A DNA stretch of 64,000 nucleotides from Histomonas meleagridis 2922-C6/04-290x (GCA_020184695.1 JAANOX010000243.1:1-64000); one strand, 5' to 3'. Shown: positions 44,914 to 55,205, counted from the first letter of the stretch. Notes: generated from the letters alone by a model not told the origin. A program made the numbers and translations.

Positions 44914-45258
44914 TAAAGAAATTCAAATCATCCTCAATAAAATCGGATATCAAGAAATCCAAGAAGAAAATACACAAACATAACTAAATATGATAAAAAA
45001 TTTTGTTATTTTTTGAAATTCGATATTAATGATAATATTAAAAATACTTAGCTTGGAAATCACTAACATTTATGTAAATTAATTTTTAAAATAAATTATT
45101 ATTAAATCATATAAAAATAAAAAATATTTTCTTTTTACATGTAATAGATTTTTAGATATCAAAAAACTACACAGCTTCAGAATATTAAATTTTTAATGTA
45201 AAAAATATGTGTGATATCTATGTCTCTTTCTGTTCAAGCATTTTAACTATTTCTGTAT
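44914..45258. repeat. 345-bp exact inverted duplication, copy A (reverse complement of 62140-62484)
   Basis: Compared by eye base for base with no mismatch found; includes the last 22 codons and stop of the importin-beta-like gene. Confidence 0.93.
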
Positions 45259-45860
45259 AACAATTTTCTGATGCCATCATAAGTGCTAAAATAAGTGCTG
45301 TATAAAATAATTTAAATAACTTCCAAATATTATTTTGAAACATTATATTATTAAAATAAATTTTAAACAAAACAAATAAATTTTTTTAGCATTAATATCA
45401 ATTCCGTCTTGTTCAAGAAGTAATTTAACTATTTCTGTATGACCATTTGCAAATGCTTTCATAAGTGCTATATAAAATAATTTAGATAATTTCCAAACAT
45501 TATTTTGAAATATTAAACTATTAAAATAAATATTAAATAAAATAAATAAATATTTTTAGCATTAATATCAATTCCGTCTTGTTCAAGAAGTAATTTAACT
45601 ATTTCTGTATAACCTTTATAAGATGCAATCATAAGTGCAGTTGTAAATAATTTAAATAATTTCCAAATATTATTTGGAAATATCAAAATCTTAAAATATA
45701 TGTTAAATAAAACAAATAAATATCTTTAGCATTAATATCAATTCCTTTTTGTGCAAGAAGTAGTTTAACTATATCTATATGACCATTTTCAAATGCAATC
45801 ATCAGTGCTGTAAGAAATAATTTAAATCATTTCCAAATATTATTTGAAAATATAAAATTG
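45218..45860 (-). repeat. Tandem array of four ankyrin repeats with a 170-bp period, each separated by a fixed-length AT-rich insert
   Basis: AGTGC anchor at 45804, 45634, 45464, 45294; units such as TALMIAFENGHIDIVKLLLAQKGIDINAKDI and TALMIASYKGYTEIVKLLLEQDGIDINAKNI. Confidence 0.93.
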
Positions 45861-46776
45861 CTTCTTCCAAAATTTTTTTGCTTTTTTTCATACCAACTGA
45901 TTTTAAGAACATAAACATTTTGAAATTACAATGTTTTAAGCAATGAATTCCGTATTTTGTTAAGTCTTTATTAGGTATTTCTTGCTTTTCGTAAAAATAT
46001 TGAAAAATTTCATTTCGATGAAATTCAATTGCTGTTTTATAGACATTTTCAAATGATAAAATGTTTTGTTTACATAAATATGTAATCTCTAGATTTCCAC
46101 CAGCAATTGCAAACCGTAATGTGTTTTTGGTTTTAGAACCATTCATCAGTAAAAATCGAAAACATTTAATTGCACCAAAAAATGCAGCAAAATCAATTAT
46201 TGAAACATTCTTTTCATTAATAAATGAACACCTTTCATAAAGTGATGGTTTGACATGTTGATTATAATCGAAGTTTGCATGTGATGAAATTTCTTGAAGT
46301 TTTTCAATTTCATCATTGCGAATTATAATTGCAATTTTATTCGGATTATGTCCTTCTTTAATTAATTGCTTATGAAGTTCCCATTCATTCTTTGATACTT
46401 CTTCAAGATCCAAAAGAAACTGTTTTTGAAATTTATAGTAATAACTATGGATTTCTTCATCTGTAGAATAATGCGCATAACATAATGATCTCTTATTATG
46501 AACAAAATCAGGTTGAATTAGTTCAAATTCGATCATTTTTGTAAGTAAATGATTTGATTCTTGTGATTCTATTATTAATAAATAATTCTTAAAAACATTA
46601 ATTATTGAGTAACAGTGAATGTCTTTTACTAATGTTTCAATAGATTTCAAAAAATTCAAATATAAAATTGTTTCAATTCTTTGAGATAAAAAAGCTGTAT
46701 ATATTAAACTACTAATTAAAAGAGATAAACCATTGTATGTATTTTTTTTTAACAGAAATTTGTGAGTAGGAGACAT
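45802..46776 (-). CDS. DUF3447-type parabasalid ankyrin-associated protein, N-terminal part, 324 aa
   Basis: IRNDEIEKLQ, SIIDFAAFFGAIKCFRFLLMNG, FAIAGGNLEI, AIEFHRNEIFQYF; the ORF ends inside an insert, one frame off the ankyrin array. Confidence 0.85.
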   Translation of the reverse strand: MSPTHKFLLKKNTYNGLSLLISSLIYTAFLSQRIETILYLNFLKSIETLVKDIHCYSIINVFKNYLLIIESQESNHLLTKMIEFELIQPDFVHNKRSLCYAHYSTDEEIHSYYYKFQKQFLLDLEEVSKNEWELHKQLIKEGHNPNKIAIIIRNDEIEKLQEISSHANFDYNQHVKPSLYERCSFINEKNVSIIDFAAFFGAIKCFRFLLMNGSKTKNTLRFAIAGGNLEITYLCKQNILSFENVYKTAIEFHRNEIFQYFYEKQEIPNKDLTKYGIHCLKHCNFKMFMFLKSVGMKKSKKILEEAILYFQIIFGNDLNYFLQH

Positions 46777-47427
46777 TCGTACACTTTACATTATAAAATT
46801 GATTATTATGCATCATTATTGTTGATTGATTATTTCCAATGAAAGTAATTGAAAATTGAATCAATATTAGATAGAGTTTCTAGATGCACACAAAGGACTT
46901 AGGCATTATAAATAAATTAATTGTTTGGTAAAAAAAAAACTCTGGGTTCACAAAATGATCATGAAGTTCTGGAATGTTTTTTCACTCTAGAACAAGATCC
47001 AAACACAGGATTTAAGGAACTTGTCGTTAAGTAGAAGATGTCTAAAAAAAGCATAAAGGTTTTTTTGATTTAATGAAGAAAAAAATTATTTTATAAGAAG
47101 AACATTCATTATTATTAAGACTGTGATTTATAAATTACATTCATACCCCGATTTTTTTCTTACATCAAACTTACAGAAAGAAAAAAAATTGAAGTATAAA
47201 TTATATGAAATATTTCTTTCATTGTTATATTGTTTTAAAGTACTTTAAATACGATTGTTCCCTTTTCAAATCATTGAGTTCTAGAGGAAAAAGAAGAATT
47301 TTGAACCTTAAAAATGATGCATCAATTTATGCGTAAGTTAGAACGTATTTATTCTAATTGTTACACACCAGAGAAGAAAGTTGCAACTCAAACATTAAAA
47401 TGATTCAAAGTTGTTGCTTTTATTCAT

Positions 47428-48906
47428 TCATGAGATCTCTTCCACAAGTTTCTTTGCCAAAAGTGCCACACTTTTACATTTATCGTCGAAAAGCGATGAC
47501 ATATTATCCTTCAAAACCTTTTTAAGTTCATCGTCTTTAGTATTCTTATACATTTCTTGCATGATCAACAATGCTGTTTGTCTTTTTCTGAAACTTTCAA
47601 CAGATTTCATTTCGATTACCTCATTTGGAATTTTTTGTTCACCATTAACAAATGATAATGCCAAGTTATGGATGGCTGCCATACGTACAGGATATGCCTC
47701 ATCTTCGAGAAGCTTAATATAAACATTTTTGAAATTTTCCCGATAATTTGAATCTTTTGGAAGAAGTTCAGCAAGTCGTTCAAGTTCTTCAACAATACCA
47801 AAGCGAACACGCCATTGATCATCACGTGATAAGGCATCAATAATGGAACTGATATTACTCGAAATCATCGACGCCATCAATTCACTTTTTGAGAGAACGA
47901 TAGCTTTGATGAAGTGCAATTTGATGTTATTCTTCTGCTTGGCAAGAAGCTCATCGGCGAATGCTTGGAGAGTTTCGGAAGGTATTTGACCTTGACAAGC
48001 TTTGCCTATTGCAAAGAAGCAATCAATTACTGCTATTTTCAAATGATAATGTGGAGACGAAATTAGTTTTGAAAGTATTGAGATGACACTAAGACCTTGC
48101 GGGAATGGTGTTGGTGAAAGCTGTGGAAGAAGAGCTGTAAGTGAACGGAGAGCACATAGTTTAACTTGCCAAATTGAATCTGAAATTAACTTGGTGGTAA
48201 TTTCACAGGATTTGACAGGATCATTGGCTTGAATAAGACCAGTAGCAAGTGAAGAACGTACGCCCCAATCAGGATCTGTGAGAAGAGTTGGAACCATATC
48301 AAAGAAAAAGTCCATCTTGCAACAGACAACTGGGAGATAAGCTCGAATGCGGGGGTGTTCATCATTCATTAATTCTTTTGCAATTTCAAATGCATTATCA
48401 TGACTTAACTTGGGAATATATTCAGCAACAGCAAATCTAACAAGAAAAGAGGGATCTTTTATAAGGTTCTTGCAAATCTTCATAGCGAGTTCTTCATTTG
48501 CTGATAATTGAGGGAATTTAAGGCAATAAACACGTACTTTATCATATTTGGATTTTGATATATTGAGAATTACGTTGTCAGTGTTGTTAACATTTCCGAA
48601 AGATTCGATTGTAGTGTCAACAACTTCAGTGTCTTCGCTTGCTAAAAGAGCTTCAATAAGTTCTGATAAAGGATCAATTCCACCTGCTGCTTTTTCGATA
48701 GACGGGATTGCTTTTGCAACAAGACACAATACTTCGTAATCATTTCTTGGAAGCCAATTAATTAAGAAGGGGATGAATTGTTCGCAAATTACTTTCTGAG
48801 GAAATGCGGCAGCAACTTGATGAAGGTTGTAGGCAAACATGTACTGTGCATCCTCATCATTATCTAATGCATCAGAAATCAATTGAAGAACTTCTCTCCT
48901 TGACAT
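47428..48906 (-). CDS. HEAT-repeat protein, PP2A scaffold (A/PR65)-like, 492 aa
   Basis: Repeated DPSFLVRFAVAE, DPDWGVRSSLA, DSIWQVKLCAL, DDQWRVRFGIVE, DEAYPVRMAAIHNL. Confidence 0.85.
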   Translation of the reverse strand: MSRREVLQLISDALDNDEDAQYMFAYNLHQVAAAFPQKVICEQFIPFLINWLPRNDYEVLCLVAKAIPSIEKAAGGIDPLSELIEALLASEDTEVVDTTIESFGNVNNTDNVILNISKSKYDKVRVYCLKFPQLSANEELAMKICKNLIKDPSFLVRFAVAEYIPKLSHDNAFEIAKELMNDEHPRIRAYLPVVCCKMDFFFDMVPTLLTDPDWGVRSSLATGLIQANDPVKSCEITTKLISDSIWQVKLCALRSLTALLPQLSPTPFPQGLSVISILSKLISSPHYHLKIAVIDCFFAIGKACQGQIPSETLQAFADELLAKQKNNIKLHFIKAIVLSKSELMASMISSNISSIIDALSRDDQWRVRFGIVEELERLAELLPKDSNYRENFKNVYIKLLEDEAYPVRMAAIHNLALSFVNGEQKIPNEVIEMKSVESFRKRQTALLIMQEMYKNTKDDELKKVLKDNMSSLFDDKCKSVALLAKKLVEEIS

Positions 48907-49232
48907 GCTTATTTATATCGTGTAAACCAATCAATTTCGTTTACGGATTTAAGGCGGTTATTAATTCAAATTTGAATGAAAAATAGAGATATGCCGGGGG
49001 TTTTACACCAGGTTTGGATTGAATTAATAAAAATCCAAATCGAAATATCTTCTCGAAGGTCGAATTTGGATGATAGCAACAAATATATTGATATGAAATC
49101 AATTTATTGTCAATGAATTTGAATTAGTAAATTATAAATAAATTTTATTCCTTGAAAGAACAAAATCGTTAAACAAAAGATCAACGGACTATAGAATATT
49201 TTTGAATAAAAAATAATCGGTGAAAGTATGAA

Positions 49233-50012
49233 ATGCTCTCAGGTAAAATAAATGATTTATCTATAGCATTAACTGATTTTGAATCCATAGTCAGGAAGTT
49301 AAATAATGGATTACGTGATCTTAATAATTTCGACATTGAATGTAATACATTTGCTGACTTAAATAATTTGAAAAATGAACTTGATCAAAATTTTAAAATT
49401 TCATTAAACTCATCAATAAATTGTCTACGCGCAATTGATTCATTAAAATCAATACCTAAATCTAATACAGTAAGCAAAAATGTACTTCCTCCTCAAGATG
49501 ATGCACTCAAAATGGTAACAGATTTTTTCAATCAAAAAATATCAAAAGCGCCAACACCTTTGCCTATGAACGCTGGGTGCTATTCTCATCGGTACAAAAA
49601 ATCAAAACAAAATCAAATAATTTGTGGGGCACACGAAGAAACAGAGCGCCTTATGATTACATGCAACTGTACCGAGGAAACACAGATATGTTATGCATTT
49701 GATCCATCTACATACCCAAAATTCAAAATTATTCCCTTGAAAAAAAACGAATGGTCACCACTTCCAACAATAATTCCAGAGCACCCTAGCCCTAGGTACG
49801 AGCATCCAAAAGGGGCTAAAGTGTTATCACTTTGGATGAATCAAGAATCAAATCAATGGTCATCCATATTTTATACTGCAACCGTATCCAAAAGACCTTG
49901 TGACAGGTACAAAAATGACACGGAGGATCGTGGATATGAACTAACCTTCTTTGATGGAACAACACAAGTTGTTCCCGAAAAATTTATTGTTTCATCAAAA
50001 GACAAATGGTAA
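49233..50012 (+). CDS. SGF29-like tandem Tudor protein, 259 aa
   Basis: N-terminal coiled coil; HPKGAKVLSLW...SSIFYTATV...YELTFFDG...VPEKFIV resembles the SGF29 second Tudor. Confidence 0.7.
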   Translation: MLSGKINDLSIALTDFESIVRKLNNGLRDLNNFDIECNTFADLNNLKNELDQNFKISLNSSINCLRAIDSLKSIPKSNTVSKNVLPPQDDALKMVTDFFNQKISKAPTPLPMNAGCYSHRYKKSKQNQIICGAHEETERLMITCNCTEETQICYAFDPSTYPKFKIIPLKKNEWSPLPTIIPEHPSPRYEHPKGAKVLSLWMNQESNQWSSIFYTATVSKRPCDRYKNDTEDRGYELTFFDGTTQVVPEKFIVSSKDKW

Positions 50013-50507
50013 TTAACTACTTAATCATTATTATTCTTCATATGCTAAAGAATTATTTAAAGTAAATATTTGTATTCGTTGCTAAGAAATCTAATTCATT
50101 TACTCTTTTATTTTTTCTTCTCAAGTTATACCAAAATCGTTACCACTTTTCACTATTTTAATGAGTATTTAAGATATTGCAGTTAGGTTATGCAACTCCA
50201 TTTAAATTTCTTGAAGAAATTCAAAATTTTTGTAGAAATATTATACTTCAAATATCCCAGTTTTGTTATTGGCAAAAGCATAATTATAATATTGCAGTTA
50301 CTAAAAACTTTTGAAGAAGAGATACAGCTAAAGATTGAGTTCTTTTGAAAAGAACAATAAAATGGGGTGGGTTAATTTTTGAACGAATTTGACTTCAAAT
50401 TTTTCGGTTCCAAACTTGTTGATTTTGTTTCAGAAAAAATGAATCAATTTTTATCTGAAATATTCAACTTAAACTGAAAATTAAAACAAAAAAACTTCGA
50501 CCAAATT

Positions 50508-50969
50508 ATGAAGGGAACGCCAAATCAGCTTATCGATGATCTATTTCTCGATTCGATAGTAATTCCAGGTCATACAGATCTGTACACATGTAATAACAAA
50601 TCAGGGTTCGACAAATTAATATCTTATTCATTTCCTATTCCTTCAAATCTTCAATCAACAGAGGAAACTAACCAAAAATTCGAGCTTGATGTAACCCCTC
50701 TCAACAAAAATTCACAATATGAAAAATCTACATCTTCATTAAATTCTTCAGATTCAGAATTAAAAGGGAGGTTTAAGGTTTCACACCACTACAAAGGAAT
50801 TCCTAATCACAACTCAAAAGTTTTCAGAATAAAACATATTTCAAAGGGAAACAATCATATTTTACCAAAACCAAAACATAAATTCTCTATTAGTGTTGAA
50901 ATTCCAAAAAGGAATTTTAAGAGGAGTGTTTCCAAAGACAACTATGATGATTTGATTGATATATTTTAA
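50508..50969 (+). CDS. Hypothetical protein, 153 aa
   Basis: ATG ORF with coding-like composition; no motif. Confidence 0.6.
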   Translation: MKGTPNQLIDDLFLDSIVIPGHTDLYTCNNKSGFDKLISYSFPIPSNLQSTEETNQKFELDVTPLNKNSQYEKSTSSLNSSDSELKGRFKVSHHYKGIPNHNSKVFRIKHISKGNNHILPKPKHKFSISVEIPKRNFKRSVSKDNYDDLIDIF

Positions 50970-51383
50970 GAAGTTCACAATCGTGATTTCAATTTACCTC
51001 ATACATTTTAATATTAAACTTCTTGGATGTATTAATCTTTGCGAGGAGGGCTGGTTATGAGTTTTACTAACATATTGAAATGTTATATAAAATTTAATAT
51101 TTTTTAAATCTTTTTTATTTCTTTTGTTGAGTACTAAAACAATTTCTATCGTATATAAACTTTTATAATGCCGTGTTATCTATTTTTTTATAATAGTTAT
51201 TAATTTAATAAGAGAAATTACTCAATCAAAGAACCATCTATTGATTAATTTTCGACTATTCAAATAAAAACAAACACTTTCCGAACTATTTGATACCTAA
51301 AAAAAAAATTTGGTCAATTTAAGTTATCTTCCAAATCAGTAATAATTATTTTTACTATAAAATCATTTAACTATTCGAGAAAA

Positions 51384-52073
51384 TTATGATAAAAATGCAT
51401 ATTGGTAATCAATTTCTCCATCTCTATCATATCCGTTTAAAACGCCTTCTGCTATTTCGACATTTCTTCCGACTGTTTCATAGACTTGAATTGTTAAACT
51501 TCGAGGAGCATAACCCAAGCGAACAAGGTACTCTATATCCTCTCTCTCTTGTTGGCTGTAGTTTCTTGATGTTTCAGCATTCTCGTCATTTTCATCTGAT
51601 GAAGAATCCTCTAGATTTTCATCGTCTGCGGAACTAGATGATTCTGATCCACTCGAAGAAGAAGGGTCGTTAATTCTTAGTCGATTTACTAACTGTCGAA
51701 ATTGTTCGAACGGATTTTCGGAGAGAGTAAGTAAATCATTATTATTATTGTCGTTGCTGTAATACTTTGGGGGTTGAAAGTATTCGTGATATTTAGTATC
51801 TTTAAAATTAAAACAACGATTTACTTTTGGAAAAGATTTTTCTGGAAAAACTTTTCGGTGAAAAACTACAAGTGAGTTATCATCAGCAAACATTTCTTGT
51901 GTAAGTTTCTCGTTAAATTCGAGTTCAATTCCATTTCTAATGAGAAATGAATGAGAAACATCAATTCCAAAATTATCATGAATATAACATAGTAATTGCA
52001 TAGTTGTCGTTCCTTCTTCGATTTCTATTTCAATGTCCAGATCTTCGAAATCAATAAGATGAATTTTCATCAT
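51384..52073 (-). CDS. UBL-UBA protein with acidic Ser-rich linker, ~229 aa
   Basis: N-terminal ubiquitin-like fold; C-terminal IEYLVRLGYAPRSLTIQVYETVGRNVEIAEGVL (UBA). Confidence 0.75.
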   Translation of the reverse strand: MMKIHLIDFEDLDIEIEIEEGTTTMQLLCYIHDNFGIDVSHSFLIRNGIELEFNEKLTQEMFADDNSLVVFHRKVFPEKSFPKVNRCFNFKDTKYHEYFQPPKYYSNDNNNNDLLTLSENPFEQFRQLVNRLRINDPSSSSGSESSSSADDENLEDSSSDENDENAETSRNYSQQEREDIEYLVRLGYAPRSLTIQVYETVGRNVEIAEGVLNGYDRDGEIDYQYAFLS

Positions 52074-52264
52074 TTTTCTCTTTGGAAAGTTGGCAAATTT
52101 TCTTTTGGGAAAATTTAAAGGAAACCGAATTTCTAAGAGAAAAAAAACATCAGTTACTGCCTACTTATCTTTTAATTTATTCAGCTTAATGATTGTGAAA
52201 ACATATAATTAAAAAAAAATCTAAATTTAATTTTGAACAATTTTTTAAGTATACTCATATATAG

Positions 52265-52987
52265 CTAATCAAATGCTGCAGGCTTCTTTTCCTTTGGATA
52301 TATGATACTTTGAACCAAAATTGTGCCGTTTAATAGTACATTTAAAATGTACATTGTGAGAACAGACCAATCATGGAGTTCACGAAGAGTTGTAAAAACT
52401 CTTCCGCAAGAGCCCATTAGAGTCAAAAAGCAGCTTAATGTAGATAACTCTCCTTTACATTTTGCCTTATACGTATGCCATATTTGAGGAATTTTATAAG
52501 CAATGGATAACGGCAAACAAACATGCCATAGAAATCCCATTATTCCATCTGTCATTACGCCTCTTTCGACCGAGAAAATTAACAAAGAATTTAATAAAAG
52601 AAAAATGTCCCAACTAAATAAATTGTACTTGGGATCAAAATGAGTTGTAAAAAATGCTATCAAAAGATTCTGAATAAGTATTATAATAGTTTCTCCAAAC
52701 GTAGAAAATGGAAATTTCTTTTGACGATGATATGCAAGACCAAGAACATTTGCAACAATTTCCATATATAACGAAGTAACACTAAGTCCTTTGCCACTTT
52801 TGTGCACTATAATCTGAATTAATTGTGGAATTTTAAGAATTGATGAAAAAAATATTAAACCAAATCCTATGCCTTTGCTTATAAATAATGAAAGGCATTC
52901 CTTATTTTTGAAATCGAAATTTACTAGGATTGCTTGACAGCATTCTTCGTTTACAAAAGGTTTGCATGCTTTTGCGAGAAGTTGCAT
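52265..52987 (-). CDS. MPDU1: PQ-loop protein, mannose-P-dolichol utilisation defect 1 (Lec35)-like, 240 aa
   Basis: ISKGIGFGLIFFSSILKIPQLIQI, SGKGLS, PFSTFGE, second KIPQIW, GRVFTTL. Confidence 0.92.
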   Translation of the reverse strand: MQLLAKACKPFVNEECCQAILVNFDFKNKECLSLFISKGIGFGLIFFSSILKIPQLIQIIVHKSGKGLSVTSLYMEIVANVLGLAYHRQKKFPFSTFGETIIILIQNLLIAFFTTHFDPKYNLFSWDIFLLLNSLLIFSVERGVMTDGIMGFLWHVCLPLSIAYKIPQIWHTYKAKCKGELSTLSCFLTLMGSCGRVFTTLRELHDWSVLTMYILNVLLNGTILVQSIIYPKEKKPAAFD

Positions 52988-52999
52988 TTGAAAATTCGA

Positions 53000-53023
53000 G
53001 GGTGCCCCATTATTGGGACACCC
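53000..53023. promoter_or_regulatory. GC-rich dyad in the 52-bp divergent promoter between MPDU1 and the LRR gene
   Basis: GGGTGCCCCA-TTAT-TGGGACACCC; 9 of 10 arm positions are complementary. Confidence 0.5.
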
Positions 53024-53039
53024 AAAAATCCAAAAACAA

Positions 53040-55133
53040 ATGGAAAATGAGCCAAAGAAAGCCCAAAAAAAGCATATAACTGATTTGTTTTTTTCTAATC
53101 AGGGATTAGATAAAATTCCACAGGGTTTCGTTCAAGAAATTATTGAGGAAACTGATAAGCAATTTTTTCTTGATCTTTCTCATAACCATTTAAAAACTAT
53201 TCCATGTGACTTATTGAGTAGTGCCAACCTTGTACGTCTAAATTTATTTTCAAATGATATCGAAGAAATTCCAGATTTATTATTAAATGTTGATATGCTT
53301 GATATTGGTTGTAATAAAATCACCAAACTTCCAATAAAATTTTCTCGCATTACCGGTGTAAATGCTGATTATAACATTATTTCATCAATTGATTCTGGAA
53401 GTAATTCTATCCAAAGAATTTCACTCCATTGTAATATAATCTCATATATCAATCCAAACATTTCATTTGATTTATTAACAGTCCTTGACTTATCAAGTAA
53501 TAAACTCAAATCTCTTCCGCCTTTTGCTGATGTTACTCCAAATCTTCATCAAATTGATTTATCACATAACGAAATTGAAGAACTTTCAGTTTTTCCACAA
53601 TCTCTTGTTATTCTTTATGCACAACATAACAAAATAAAACATATCCCAGAACAATTATATGTTCTTAATCTTACAAAATTAGATCTTTCAAATAATCAAA
53701 TTAATTATGTCGGATCATTTCAAAATTCTCTTTCAACATTAAATCTTTCTCATAATGAAATAACAAATATTGAACCAATTGAAATGGAATTTCTTCGTAT
53801 ATTTGACATTAAATACAACAAACTTTCATCAATTCCAAAAATAAATTGCAAAAATGTGTTTAAACTCGACTTAACCGCAAATTGTATTGAAAAAGTTGAG
53901 TGTTCTCAAATTCCAAATCACATCACTGATATAAACCTCTCAAACAACAAAATTAAAATTGTTACAAAAGAACTTTTTAGCCAAAAGAATTTACGTGTTT
54001 TAAATCTTAAGGATAACTTAATTACTGAATTACCAACTGATATTTCTGAGAGTGAATTAATAATATTAAATTTATCAAATAATTTAATTTCAAAACTTCC
54101 CGATAAACTTCCAAAAAATCTCGAAACTTTAACAATATTTAATTGTGGTATTAATAATTTACCCAATTCGTTAATTGACAACATTAATTTCATTGAACTT
54201 AATGCTGCAAAAAATAATTTGGAAACAATTCCATTTTTACCGAATTTAATTTCGTTAAATATTTCGTATAATAATTTGAACGAATTTCCAATTTTATCAA
54301 AGAAAATAAAAAATTTGGATATCTCGAATAATAAAATAATTTGTTTGCCCGAAGATTTTTCTTTTCCATCTTTACAAAGTTTATCAATTTCTTCGAATAA
54401 AATTAAAACATTTCCAAATAATTTTTATTTGCAGAAACTTAATGAGTTAAATATATCAAACACAGAAATAAATTTAAATGTTTCAAATTTCCCATTAAAA
54501 TATATAAACACATCAAATTCGAACACAAATATTAAAAACGAAAACAAAAAATTAAAAATTTTCGGTAATGAATTACAAAATTGGTTTTCATTGTCGACTT
54601 TTAAACATAAACTTTCGATTTCATTCGATGTAAACATTTGCCGAAGTGATTTAACTCTTTTTGTTACATTTAATGGAAGTAACGGCATTTCATATACTGA
54701 ACCAATTATTTCACAACTAATAAATAATAAAAACTGTATCGAAGTTATCACAAATACAATTTCTTTCGCTGCTTTGTCTTTAAAAGAAAATTGTTTCGTT
54801 TCTTTTGTTTTTGGTAATGCTGAAATTATAACTATAAACGAAAATGGAAATATGAAAATTCTTCGACAAAATTTAAGTCGAGAAATTGTAAATGCAAATG
54901 TATTCGGAAATATTAAAATAAAAAGTAATGATAATAAATTATCTGATGATGATAAATGGATAATTATATCGAATGTAAAATTGGATAAAAAATTAGAGAA
55001 AATTTCTTTTTTATCTAAAAACCAAAATATTTCTGCTCAAGAATTTGCTGACTTAATAAAACTCGAACTAATAACAGATAATTTAAAGAGAAATATATCC
55101 ATAATTGTAATTGATATTAAAAATAGAGAATAA
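53040..55133 (+). CDS. LRR protein with degenerate C-terminal PP2C-like domain, ~697 aa
   Basis: About 20 LxxLDLSxNxIxxL repeats; C-terminal FVTFNGSNG, KWIIISN, RNISIIVIDI correspond to PP2C motifs without the catalytic Asp residues. Confidence 0.85.
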   Translation: MENEPKKAQKKHITDLFFSNQGLDKIPQGFVQEIIEETDKQFFLDLSHNHLKTIPCDLLSSANLVRLNLFSNDIEEIPDLLLNVDMLDIGCNKITKLPIKFSRITGVNADYNIISSIDSGSNSIQRISLHCNIISYINPNISFDLLTVLDLSSNKLKSLPPFADVTPNLHQIDLSHNEIEELSVFPQSLVILYAQHNKIKHIPEQLYVLNLTKLDLSNNQINYVGSFQNSLSTLNLSHNEITNIEPIEMEFLRIFDIKYNKLSSIPKINCKNVFKLDLTANCIEKVECSQIPNHITDINLSNNKIKIVTKELFSQKNLRVLNLKDNLITELPTDISESELIILNLSNNLISKLPDKLPKNLETLTIFNCGINNLPNSLIDNINFIELNAAKNNLETIPFLPNLISLNISYNNLNEFPILSKKIKNLDISNNKIICLPEDFSFPSLQSLSISSNKIKTFPNNFYLQKLNELNISNTEINLNVSNFPLKYINTSNSNTNIKNENKKLKIFGNELQNWFSLSTFKHKLSISFDVNICRSDLTLFVTFNGSNGISYTEPIISQLINNKNCIEVITNTISFAALSLKENCFVSFVFGNAEIITINENGNMKILRQNLSREIVNANVFGNIKIKSNDNKLSDDDKWIIISNVKLDKKLEKISFLSKNQNISAQEFADLIKLELITDNLKRNISIIVIDIKNRE

Positions 55134-55205
55134 AAACATTTTTTTTTATTTTTTTTCTTTTTCAATTGGCAAAAAAGACGATAGACTATCGGGGCGGTTA
55201 TTTCG

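Noticed and set aside
45062-45068. ACTAACA branch-point-like motif
   Set aside because: Not followed by the CACAG 3' splice site, and on the opposite strand to the ankyrin array.
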